Shown here one piece after another: positions 9,464 through 17,061 of a stretch of 32,000 nucleotides of DNA. The notes below the pieces were generated by a model. The model had not been told where the DNA came from, did no database searches, and worked only from the letters and a program-made list of their open reading frames with translations. Position 1 is the first letter of the stretch. Each line of letters begins with the position of its first letter. The position numbers and the translations under genes were made by a program. The stretch comes from Thermoproteus tenax Kra 1 (lineage in GTDB: Archaea > Thermoproteota > Thermoprotei > Thermoproteales > Thermoproteaceae): positions 810,001 through 842,000 of the forward strand of contig NC_016070.1 in assembly GCF_000253055.1 (NCBI RefSeq), written 5' to 3'.

Positions 9464-9676
9464 CTTTTTCTTCTTCCAATTCACTTCGTCCTCCAGATAC
9501 CATTCAACTATCAATTCGCGGGCTTCGGCCATTAGCAGAGCTGCCCTATATGCTTTATCCCACGAACGGCTCTTGTACTCTATGTTCCATCCAGCTTGAA
9601 CTAATCTATCAACATCGCGAAGACGACCAGTGACAAAAACTCTCCCCTCCCTCTTGTTGCTCAAGACCCAAAACAT
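9437..9676 (-). CDS. small hypothetical protein (79 aa)
   Basis: ATG-started ORF whose promoter side abuts the AT-rich island. Its 3' end overlaps the aminotransferase stop by 27 nt in convergent orientation. No recognisable motif. Confidence 0.35.
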   Translation of the reverse strand: MFWVLSNKREGRVFVTGRLRDVDRLVQAGWNIEYKSRSWDKAYRAALLMAEARELIVEWYLEDEVNWKKKKLARFQSIR

Positions 9677-9880
9677 GAATATTTATCGATGGTAGTTTAT
9701 AAGAAATCTTTTTTATACACGTCCATTAATCAAGAAAAATATCTTTAAAACTATTAATAATTATGTATATTTTAAAAGAATTATAGCTCCAATTAACTTA
9801 ATTACATATATTGGAGTATTATCATTAGTTTTTAGTAGACTATAAAAACAGACATAATATTAGAGTATTACAATTGTTGG
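9677..9880. other. extremely AT-rich intergenic island (~200 nt) between divergent genes
   Basis: My hand count of line 9721-9780 gives about 15% GC, against a GC-rich background. The island holds many TATA-like runs and an imperfect 17-nt direct repeat (9810-9826 ATTGGAGTATTATCATT; 9859-9875 ATTAGAGTATTACAATT). Confidence 0.8.
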
Positions 9881-10041
9881 ACGACCTTCGTTTAGGCCGT
9901 TTCTTCCTTAGACCTTCCTCGCTTCCTCTAGCCCTAACGGAAATCTGGATGATTCCCACTATAGCCGCGGGAAAATGGAACAAGCTCGGTCAAAAGGCCC
10001 TCGATATAAATGCTTAAAAACTGCGGGTTATGAAAATGAAA

Positions 10042-10138
10042 GGGCCCGTAGCTTAGCCAGGTTGGAGCGCCCAGGGGACAGAGCCCCCGCGTATGGCTGA
10101 TAACCGGGAGGCCCCGGGTTCAAATCCCGGCGGGCCCA
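10042..10138 (+). tRNA. tRNA-Ile (anticodon GAU) with a 22-nt intron at a non-canonical position (about 29/30, in the anticodon stem)
   Basis: Folded by hand. Acceptor GGGCCCG/CGGGCCC plus discriminator A; D arm GCTT-AGCCAGGTTG-GAGC; T arm CCGGG-TTCAAAT-CCCGG. The anticodon arm CCC[aggggacagagcccccgcgtat]GG-CTGATAA-CCGGG forms only after removing 10073-10094. CCA is not encoded. Confidence 0.85.
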
Positions 10139-10249
10139 CTATAGTCTTTCTAGTCGATAGCGGTTGTTCAACCAGAGACCGTAGATGTTTCCACAGCCGC
10201 CGCAGCTCCTGACGGTGCCTTCACCCGACGGCCATGACCTCCAAAGGCA

Positions 10250-10813
10250 TTGAGGGGGCTAGAGACGACGCCGATCTGTAAATTTTTAAAGCGATTAGTG
10301 AACAGAGCCGTGCAAGGGCTCGGTAAATTAAAGCTCGGCGTTGAGGAGTGGAAGAAGATCGAGGGCGACCTGGTGCGCATCGCCGGCTCTGATCAACTGG
10401 AGCTATTATTAAACTTTACATTAGTGAAAGCCGAGGAAGAGGAAGGCGAGGAGGAACATGAACACGAGCACGGCCTCATGCCATCAGATAAAGAATTTGC
10501 AAAGGAGATCGGAGACTTTATGGACTACGTTGTAAAGACATATAAGGCCGACGCACATCCGCACTTCCACGGAGATCACGGCACTGTCCTCTTCGTAATA
10601 AGGGGACCGCCAAAAGAGCTAATTAAGGCGTTTAGGGACGTCTTGGAATACGCAAGATCCAACTGCGAGAAATGCGCCGTGCACGGCATCGACGGAGAGT
10701 TCCACTTAGGCGAGGACCTCGCCGGCATTTACTTCGGCGATATCTATAAAGTGACTTTCATTCTGCCTGGAGAAGACGGACGTCGCCTGCGCGTCTACGA
10801 AGCGCATCCATAA
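10250..10813 (+). CDS. hypothetical acidic/His-rich protein, possible metal binder
   Basis: 187-aa ORF whose track start is TTG, so the real start is uncertain. It contains EEEEGEEEHEHEHG, HPHFHGDHG and CEKCAVHG. Confidence 0.5.
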   Translation: MRGLETTPICKFLKRLVNRAVQGLGKLKLGVEEWKKIEGDLVRIAGSDQLELLLNFTLVKAEEEEGEEEHEHEHGLMPSDKEFAKEIGDFMDYVVKTYKADAHPHFHGDHGTVLFVIRGPPKELIKAFRDVLEYARSNCEKCAVHGIDGEFHLGEDLAGIYFGDIYKVTFILPGEDGRRLRVYEAHP

Positions 10814-11099
10814 TGCACTGGAGCACCTGATCGGTGTAGGGGCTCCTTACTTTTTGTAAAAGTTCGAGGGACACGTGGGGTATGCCCCCGATCCACACCC
10901 TCTTGTTTGAGAAGCCGCTTCCCTCTATGGGCCACACGCAAGGCATGCCGGAGACTCTATCCAGATCGCTCATCGCCACGACGACGTCGCACTCGCACGG
11001 GATCTCAAGCTTGCACTCAAAGGCGCGAGCCCAACCGACTAGCCCTCCCAATGTCTCTATGCCTCTCGATATGAGATCCCAGTAGAGCTCACACTCCAT
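10758..11099 (-). CDS. hypothetical protein (113 aa)
   Basis: ATG-started ORF with protein-like composition. It overlaps the previous gene by 56 nt in convergent orientation. No motif recognised. Confidence 0.35.
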   Translation of the reverse strand: MECELYWDLISRGIETLGGLVGWARAFECKLEIPCECDVVVAMSDLDRVSGMPCVWPIEGSGFSNKRVWIGGIPHVSLELLQKVRSPYTDQVLQCIMDALRRRAGDVRLLQAE

Positions 11100-11542
11100 A
11101 GCGCTTGACGCCGGCCTCCTCTGGCGCGGACTTCCCCTCGCGGCGGTCGACCACGCAAGTTGGACGCAAGGACAATTTAAAATTTGTAGCGGCGTCCCTA
11201 CCTACGCGAACTCCTCCAGTGTCTTCGGATCTATATCCTCGACGATTATATAGAGGTTCCTCGGATCGATCCTGTCTATAATATCCGCCGCGCGCGCCAG
11301 AGGGATCTCGACGTATTCGCATATATTAAACTCGTCGCACCTCCTCTTTATCCAGACCTTGACCTTCACATTATGATCGAGGCCTAAAAAACACCTCTCC
11401 TCTGCTGTATATCCCAGCTACTGCCCAAGGCCCCTCCTCGCCCACACCCCATAGCGAGGCACTTTAGACGACTGGGCTGTCGGCGAGGGCGCAGATACAG
11501 CACCTTGGCATAAAGGCATGGGGGATATATGGTCATAATTGC

Positions 11543-12817
11543 CTAAAGGACAAGCTCCTCGCCCGGCGTAAGGGGGACGTATATGTTGTCGAAGCCCTTA
11601 AGGGCCATTTCGGATGCAAGCTGGAGCGATGCTTGAGGTTCGGCGTGAAATAGGATTATCCTCGTGTTGACGCTAAACCTTTGGGCGAACTCAATCAATT
11701 CCCTCCTGCCCGAATGTGCGGAAAAATCGAACCACTCGACTCTGGCTCTGACCTTTATAGTTGTCCCGTCGACTAGTGCCTCGCCCTTGGACAATATATC
11801 GAAGCCAGGCGTGTTTGGCGCCTGAAACGACGGAAGTATAACGGCATTCTTCGGGTCAGCGGCCAACCTCTTGAAATAATACAGAGAAGCCCCGCCCTTT
11901 AGCATGCCGGCCGGCGACACAATCACCGAGGGCTCAGCTCCTACGGCTTTCTTCCGCACATAGGCGTTGGGTATCTCCACTGCGTACTCCATCGCCTTTC
12001 TATACAAGTTATAGTCGTTCAACAGATGCGGATATTTGCCCACTATTACATTGACTTGACGCGCCAACCCGTCCACATAGATGGGGCCTATATCGTACTT
12101 GGCCAAAGTTAATAGAATCTCTTGGGCGCGGCCTAACGCAAAGGATGGGATCAACACGGTGCCTCCCCCCTCTAGGACCTCTTTCACGGCCGATACGAAC
12201 TCGCTCTCTAAGGTCTCGCGCGGCGGATGATCCGCCATGGCGTACGTTGCCTCCATTATCACAAAGTCGGGATCTTTGGGCAGATTGTATATATCGGAAC
12301 CCTTCAGCAGAGCTGTATCGCGCAGGTTAAAATCGCCGGTGAAGACAACAGTTCTGCCCTCGGCCTCCAAGACCGATATGGCGCTCCCTGGCACATGTCC
12401 GGCGTTATAGACTGTCAGTATGATGTCTGGGGCGAGCTCGACGGGCTCTCCATAGGTCAACGGTATTGCGCTGTCCATAGTCGCTTTCACTTCCTCGTGC
12501 GTGTAGGGGAGGTAGTATCCCGAGAGCTTTATCATGTCTGTATACATCACATCGCTGAGCTCCATGGTGAGCGGGGTGGCGTAGACAGGAGGCTTAACTG
12601 AGACGTACAAAGACGGCAGAGCTCCGCTGTGATCCAAGTGTGCATGGCTCAAGACTACTGCAATAAGATCCTTGGGCCTGACGTGCCCGGGGAATACTGG
12701 CCGCCCTTGGGAGTCGAAGTTGACCCCATAATCGAAGAGGATGGACCCCGATGATGTTTTGACTAACACGGCGGCCCTCCCCACCTCGCCGGCACCTCCT
12801 AGGAACTTTATAATCAC
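11543..12817 (-). CDS. beta-CASP family metallo-beta-lactamase RNase (aCPSF2/RNase J-like)
   Basis: GTG start. MBL motif 2 SHAHLDHSGALP, later motifs VYNAGHVPGS, FTGDFN, EATYA and a C-terminal FSAHSG...ILFHAEP, typical of 420-aa archaeal beta-CASP proteins. AAATAAATA lies about 30 nt upstream on the minus strand. Confidence 0.85.
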   Translation of the reverse strand: MIIKFLGGAGEVGRAAVLVKTSSGSILFDYGVNFDSQGRPVFPGHVRPKDLIAVVLSHAHLDHSGALPSLYVSVKPPVYATPLTMELSDVMYTDMIKLSGYYLPYTHEEVKATMDSAIPLTYGEPVELAPDIILTVYNAGHVPGSAISVLEAEGRTVVFTGDFNLRDTALLKGSDIYNLPKDPDFVIMEATYAMADHPPRETLESEFVSAVKEVLEGGGTVLIPSFALGRAQEILLTLAKYDIGPIYVDGLARQVNVIVGKYPHLLNDYNLYRKAMEYAVEIPNAYVRKKAVGAEPSVIVSPAGMLKGGASLYYFKRLAADPKNAVILPSFQAPNTPGFDILSKGEALVDGTTIKVRARVEWFDFSAHSGRRELIEFAQRFSVNTRIILFHAEPQASLQLASEMALKGFDNIYVPLTPGEELVL

Positions 12818-12929
12818 AGGTAGAGTGAGCTGAGGAGTATTTATTTCTCTGCGACGGCTATATAATCGCGCCTAACTTCCCGGTAGGTCGGGCGCGCTTA
12901 ATATTTAAGGGAGACGCAGAAAACCATTC

Positions 12930-13067
12930 ATGTCTCATGAGGCAGGAAAGGTGTTGGAGAGACTAGCCGATCTGCTCAAAAGGCTGGAGACCGTCGGCGC
13001 AGAGTTGGACAAAACCACCGAAGCTCTGAGAAGGGCCGAAGAGGATCTGAGATCAAAGTTTAAATAA
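12930..13067 (+). CDS. possible 45-aa coiled-coil micro-protein
   Basis: Hand-translated; below the track size cutoff. [50 protein letters not shown]-like TTAATATTTAAG at 12897-12908 sits about 25 nt upstream of the ATG, which is leaderless spacing. Confidence 0.3.
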   Translation: MSHEAGKVLERLADLLKRLETVGAELDKTTEALRRAEEDLRSKFK

Positions 13068-13086
13068 GGCCTCTACAGAGAGCTCG

Positions 13087-13467
13087 ATGCCAACGATGAG
13101 TAGCCAGCCGAGGAAGCAGAGGAAGGCGCTTGCGGAGATGCCTCTTCACCTTAGGCATAAGCTTATGACCGCAAAACTCTCGCCGGAGCTAAGTAGGAAA
13201 TTAGGGGTGTCTAGGCTACCTGTGAGAGTCGGCGATACTGTAGTGGTATTAAGGGGGGACTTCAAGGGCGTGTCAGGCAAGGTCGTCAGAGTGGATCTGA
13301 AAAGAGTGAGAATATACGTGGAGAACGTAACGAGAACCAACAGCAGAGGCGAGACTGTGTATTACCCCTTACATCCGAGCAAGGTCATGATAACTAACGT
13401 GGATACCTCGGACAAGTTCAGACAGAGGATCATTGAGCGGAGAAAGGCGAAGCAGACGGCCCAATAA
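13087..13467 (+). CDS. rpl24: 50S ribosomal protein L24 (uL24)
   Basis: N-terminal SQPRKQRK and the KOW motif [31 protein letters not shown] lies about 24 nt upstream. Confidence 0.92.
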   Translation: MPTMSSQPRKQRKALAEMPLHLRHKLMTAKLSPELSRKLGVSRLPVRVGDTVVVLRGDFKGVSGKVVRVDLKRVRIYVENVTRTNSRGETVYYPLHPSKVMITNVDTSDKFRQRIIERRKAKQTAQ

Positions 13468-13886
13468 GAACCCCCATTGCGACCGGGGGCGCGAACAGCC
13501 CCACGTTGAGCTCTGTCTAGAGGAGAGACGAAAGTCCGGCATAGTTGAAGATCAAAATTCCCTGGCGCGTCGTTGAGGAGCGCCCCGATGTCCTAGACCT
13601 CGCCACAAGGTATATCGCATCGTCAACATTTGAATTTTAGGCCGCGACCCAACTAGAGGTGACAATATATGCGGCCGTCTCCAGGGCCTTGTGGCAACGC
13701 CGCCATGGCTGATCCGCCTTTCTCCCCTTGTGACTATCTAGCTCTTAAATTTGCGTAGTTCTCATATATGAATCGCCAACCCGGCCCCGGGACCGGCCAA
13801 TTTTGCCGGCCTCTCCACATGGGGTCGACCTCTACTCTCCAGTCGCTGTAGATTAATATTTAAAGCATAACGAAAAAAGGCTTCTG

Positions 13887-14405
13887 ATGAAGAAGCCGTT
13901 TTGCGACTTCTGCGTTAGGACGAGGGTGTTGTGTCCCAAATGCCAGGGCCTTATTGATAGCGGAGAATACAGCTATCTGGACGTTGACATCGTAGACGCA
14001 CTTATGAAGTTGGAAAAAAGATATAATCTATCCGACGTAGAATATGTAAAAGCATATGAGACCGACGCCTTTGTTGTAGTTGTATTGAGAGGTTTTAGGA
14101 AGTTGCCGAAGGGGGCCCAGATGCAGCTGGAGAGAGATCTATCCTCTCTGCTGAATAAAAACGTTAGAATTGTTGAGAAGGGGAGCGTCAATGAGATCAT
14201 AGCCCAATTGGTATCGCCGGCAAGGTTGCTCACAATATCGACCTCTTGGCTTCCCGACGGCACTAGCGAGACTATCGTGAAGATACCCTCTCGGGAGTTG
14301 CGACGGCTGCCAGTGAACCCCGAGAAACTACAAGAAATATTAAATAGAATAATTGGTTCAACAATTAAAATAAATATAATAAAAGAGAAAGAAATAAAGA
14401 TATAA
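13887..14405 (+). CDS. zinc-ribbon plus KH-like RNA-binding protein (NusA-like)
   Basis: CDFC...CPKC at the N-terminus, followed by NVRIVEKGSVNEIIAQLVSPARLL, which resembles a NusA-type KH segment. The last ~20 codons drift into an AT-rich island. Confidence 0.55.
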   Translation: MKKPFCDFCVRTRVLCPKCQGLIDSGEYSYLDVDIVDALMKLEKRYNLSDVEYVKAYETDAFVVVVLRGFRKLPKGAQMQLERDLSSLLNKNVRIVEKGSVNEIIAQLVSPARLLTISTSWLPDGTSETIVKIPSRELRRLPVNPEKLQEILNRIIGSTIKINIIKEKEIKI

Positions 14406-14479
14406 AATAAAATTTTTTAATTGTGATCGTTATATTATTCTCACGATAAATAAAATTATTTAGGGGGTTCCTCGTAGAT

Positions 14480-15772
14480 GTGCCCCAGAAGACGCACTTC
14501 ACTTCCGAGATAACGCCGGATCTCGACGGAAGGGAGGTCGCGTTGGCCGGCTGGGTATGGGAGATCAGAGACTTGGGCAAGGTGAAGTTCGTGATTCTCA
14601 GAGACCGAGACGGAATGATACAGTTGACATTCAAGCCGGGCAAGACCCCCGAAAGCCTGCTGGAGCTTGTATCCAGCTTGAATAAGGAGGACGTAATAGC
14701 GGTGAGGGGCATTGTGGCGGCCAGCAAGATAGCAAGGGCCGGCGTCGAGGTATTCCCTCAAGAGCTCAGCATACTGGCTAAGGCCAAGCCTCTGCCTGTC
14801 GACATCTGGAACAACACATCGGACCTCCCCACAAGGTTGAAGTATAGAGCGGTCGATCTGAAGAACCCGCGCAACTTGGCCATCTTCACTCTGGCCTCTG
14901 AGATCCTTAGGGCCATAAGGGACACATTGTATAGACATAAGTTTATCGAGGTGTTCACGCCAAAGATTATATCCACCAGTACGGAGGGCGGCGCCGAGCT
15001 CTTCACAGTTCTTTATTTCGAGAGAGTCGCGTACTTGGCGCAGAGCCCTCAGCTTTATAAGGAGCAGCTCACGGCATCTCTTGAGAGAGTGTTCGAGATA
15101 GCGCCTGCCTACAGAGCTGAGAGACATAACACGGACTACCATTTGAACGAGTTCATATCGATAGACGGAGAGGCTGCGTTCATGAACTACAGAGACATCA
15201 TGGACGTATTGGAGGACCTCATGAGGTCGGTGGTCTCCGTAGTCAAATCGAGAGAGGACAGACTCAAGCGGTGGGGACTGAGACCGGCCTTGGAGGACGT
15301 CTCGGGCATACCTAGAGTAGAGTATGAGGAGGCGCTAGCCAAACTGAGATCACTGGGCTACGACGTCAAGTGGGGCGATGATCTGAACGTCGAGATGCAG
15401 CGGGCTCTCATGAAATACTACGGCCCGCTCTACTTCATAACAGACTTTCCGGCCGACCTCCGTCCGTTTTACACCAAGCGGAGCGAGGAGGATCCCAAGA
15501 AAAGCGAATCCTACGACCTAATATTGAACGGTATAGAAATAGTGTCGGGCGCCACTCGCGTGCACACGAGGGAGGTTCTAGAGGCAGAGATGAGGCGCAG
15601 AAGCTTAGATCCATCTGCGTTCGAGGGCCACCTCTCGGTATTCGACTGGGGCATGCCGCCGCACGCAGGATTCGGGCTGGGCTTCAATAGGCTTTTGATG
15701 GCCCTCCTGGGCCTTGAGAACGTCAGAGAGGCCGTCTTGTATCCTAGGGACAGATACAGACTAGAACCTTGA
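14480..15772 (+). CDS. aspS: aspartyl-tRNA synthetase, archaeal type
   Basis: GTG start. OB-fold N-terminus, QSPQLYKEQL, motif 2 YRAERHNTDYHLNEF, motif 3 GFGLGFNRLLM. 430 aa. Confidence 0.92.
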   Translation: MPQKTHFTSEITPDLDGREVALAGWVWEIRDLGKVKFVILRDRDGMIQLTFKPGKTPESLLELVSSLNKEDVIAVRGIVAASKIARAGVEVFPQELSILAKAKPLPVDIWNNTSDLPTRLKYRAVDLKNPRNLAIFTLASEILRAIRDTLYRHKFIEVFTPKIISTSTEGGAELFTVLYFERVAYLAQSPQLYKEQLTASLERVFEIAPAYRAERHNTDYHLNEFISIDGEAAFMNYRDIMDVLEDLMRSVVSVVKSREDRLKRWGLRPALEDVSGIPRVEYEEALAKLRSLGYDVKWGDDLNVEMQRALMKYYGPLYFITDFPADLRPFYTKRSEEDPKKSESYDLILNGIEIVSGATRVHTREVLEAEMRRRSLDPSAFEGHLSVFDWGMPPHAGFGLGFNRLLMALLGLENVREAVLYPRDRYRLEP

Positions 15773-16198
15773 GGAGTGAAAGGACTTGTCGGCCGCGCTT
15801 AATGTCAGGTATGTCATATTAGTGCCCCCTTTCACGACGCCGGCCTTCCCCCGGGGGAGCTCGGGGCTCGCCCGCGGAGACGCCCGAAAGCGGCCGCGGA
15901 CGAGGGGGCCCGGCCGTGCCCTAGCGTACGGGCTTGCCGGCTTCTACAGACAGCCGGTGCCTCAAGGCCGGTTGGTCCATGTGAGAGAAATGTTACGAGC
16001 TTAAAGCGCGAAGGTTGCCGAAAATCACCGAGACGCCGGCCTACAAGGACGCGCGGGTGAGGATGGAGAGAACCGAAGGCAGGCTTATCTCAAGAGCTGC
16101 CGCGCACGCCCGAGGCATCTTGGATACTGATGAGGGCAGCCAAGGAGGAGCTACCTGACGGTGCCTAAGGATAGGCGATAAATAGTAAAATGAGGAAT

Positions 16199-16603
16199 TT
16201 ATTTTACGACCAAGACGCTGATATCGCTTTCTTGAAGTAGTCTGGAGGCGACGCTGCCCAGGATAGACCTCCTTATAGTAGATAAACCTCGGCTTCCGAC
16301 AACTATTAGATCGGCCTTGACCTCTCGCGCGAACGCCACTATCTCGTGGGGCGGATCTCCCTCGAGCAGCTTCGTCTCTGCGTTAGGGAGCAGAGACTTG
16401 GCCTCCCTTAATGCCCTCTCGCCGTCATCGCGCAGATATTTTAGGAAACTCGCCGAGAACGCCTCTGAGAGCGATCCCAGAGCTGTGTCGACCACATAGA
16501 GCACGTAGACTTTAGAGCCGAACCTCTCTGACAGAGCCTTGGCGAACTGTAGCGCCTTTTTTGCGTGTTGTGAGCCATCGTATCCGACCACAATAACTTG
16601 CAT
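16199..16603 (-). CDS. universal stress protein (UspA family)
   Basis: Uses the inner ATG (16603) of track ORF 16199..16744. MQVIVVGYDGSQHAKKAL... and the ATP-binding motif VVGSRGLSTIRRSILGSVASRLL. TTTTTTAATAAT lies about 25 nt upstream on the minus strand. Confidence 0.85.
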   Translation of the reverse strand: MQVIVVGYDGSQHAKKALQFAKALSERFGSKVYVLYVVDTALGSLSEAFSASFLKYLRDDGERALREAKSLLPNAETKLLEGDPPHEIVAFAREVKADLIVVGSRGLSTIRRSILGSVASRLLQESDISVLVVK

Positions 16604-16681
16604 GAGGAGGAGACGTTTTCCATTATTAAAAAATCTCGGTCCTGCTTGCCGTCCATTTCTGGGCGTCGCAGCCGACGTCGT

Positions 16682-16725
16682 GCCAGCCACTTCTGCCTCG
16701 CCCGCGCCTTTCCCGACAGCCCAGT
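16682..16725 (+). repeat. copy 1 of a perfect 44-nt direct repeat
   Basis: GCCAGCCACTTCTGCCTCGCCCGCGCCTTTCCCGACAGCCCAGT is identical base for base to 17840-17883. The flanks do not match. Confidence 0.95.
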
Positions 16726-17061
16726 GGTCTCTAGCGTAGATCACGGCACTAAGAGTTATTGCTCACTCCGAGCTCAAGGCACGGCCCCGTCGTCGCAAGC
16801 ACCTTGTGCACGCCATTAGGCTCTCTGTGCTCCAAAACGCCTAATTCCTCCACTGTGAAACAGAGCATTGTCTCTGGGAACACAAGGCGTATCCTCAGCG
16901 CAGATCCTCAAACCGCCAGCCGGAGCACTCCGCAGGCGGGGCACGTCCCTGGGCAATCCCATGGCGTTACAATTGAAATTACAACTCTCTAGGGCGGGGA
17001 AGGGGCCATCAAAGGGTGAGCCAGCCAACAACCTTTTAAAGAGGGCCTCAGATCCTCGCGC

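Noticed and set aside
9677-9880. Replication origin call for the AT-rich island
   Set aside because: No ORB or mini-ORB-like inverted repeats are present and there is no adjacent orc1/cdc6 or whiP gene. It is kept only as an open possibility in the findings.
11089-11322. 77-aa minus-strand ORF
   Set aside because: It is extremely Arg/Gly-rich with no motif, and it overlaps the more protein-like alternative frame noted above.
11202-11369. 55-codon minus-strand ORF (VKVKVWIKRRCDEFNICEYVEIPLARAADIIDRIDPRNLYIIVEDIDPKTLEEFA), GTG start
   Set aside because: The composition is protein-like, but it has no ATG, no recognisable motif, and is below a size I can support. It could be a real micro-gene or a remnant related to the neighbouring 113-aa ORF.
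14456-15142. 228-aa minus-strand ORF, plus 14365..14727 and 14758..15006
   Set aside because: They are antisense to aspS, whose class-II synthetase motifs are unambiguous. They are typical GC-rich shadow frames.
15786-16004. 72-aa plus-strand ORF in the aspS-USP spacer
   Set aside because: It is Arg/Pro/Gly-rich, has no plausible promoter or motif, and lies in a palindrome-rich GC stretch better explained as non-coding.
16003-16016. 14-nt match AAAGCGCGAAGGTT, shared with 19216-19229
   Set aside because: A rough estimate gives about one or two chance 14-mer repeats in a 32-kb window, and the flanks do not extend the match.
16127-16158. C/D-box sRNA (TGATGA ... CTGA)
   Set aside because: The boxes are only 23 nt apart, which is too short for guide plus D'/C' elements, and there is no adjacent terminal stem.
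15773-16198. SRP (7S) RNA assignment for the GC-rich spacer
   Set aside because: GCAGCCAAGG at about 16136-16145 resembles the 3' side of SRP helix 8. However, I could not find the matching 5' strand, the GNAR tetraloop or any Alu-domain motifs, so I report the spacer only as a generic candidate structured region.
16625-16639. ATTAAAAAATCTCGG, similar to ATTAAAAATCTCGG at 18051-18064, considered as part of the 44-nt repeat unit
   Set aside because: The order relative to the 44-mer differs at the two sites. Both look like ordinary TATA boxes (for the USP gene on the minus strand and the Nudix gene on the plus strand), so the similarity is probably promoter-consensus level.
16966-16985. CRISPR-repeat-like GTTACAATTGAAATTACAAC
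   Set aside because: It is a single occurrence with no second repeat or spacer periodicity. No CRISPR array is present anywhere in the window.
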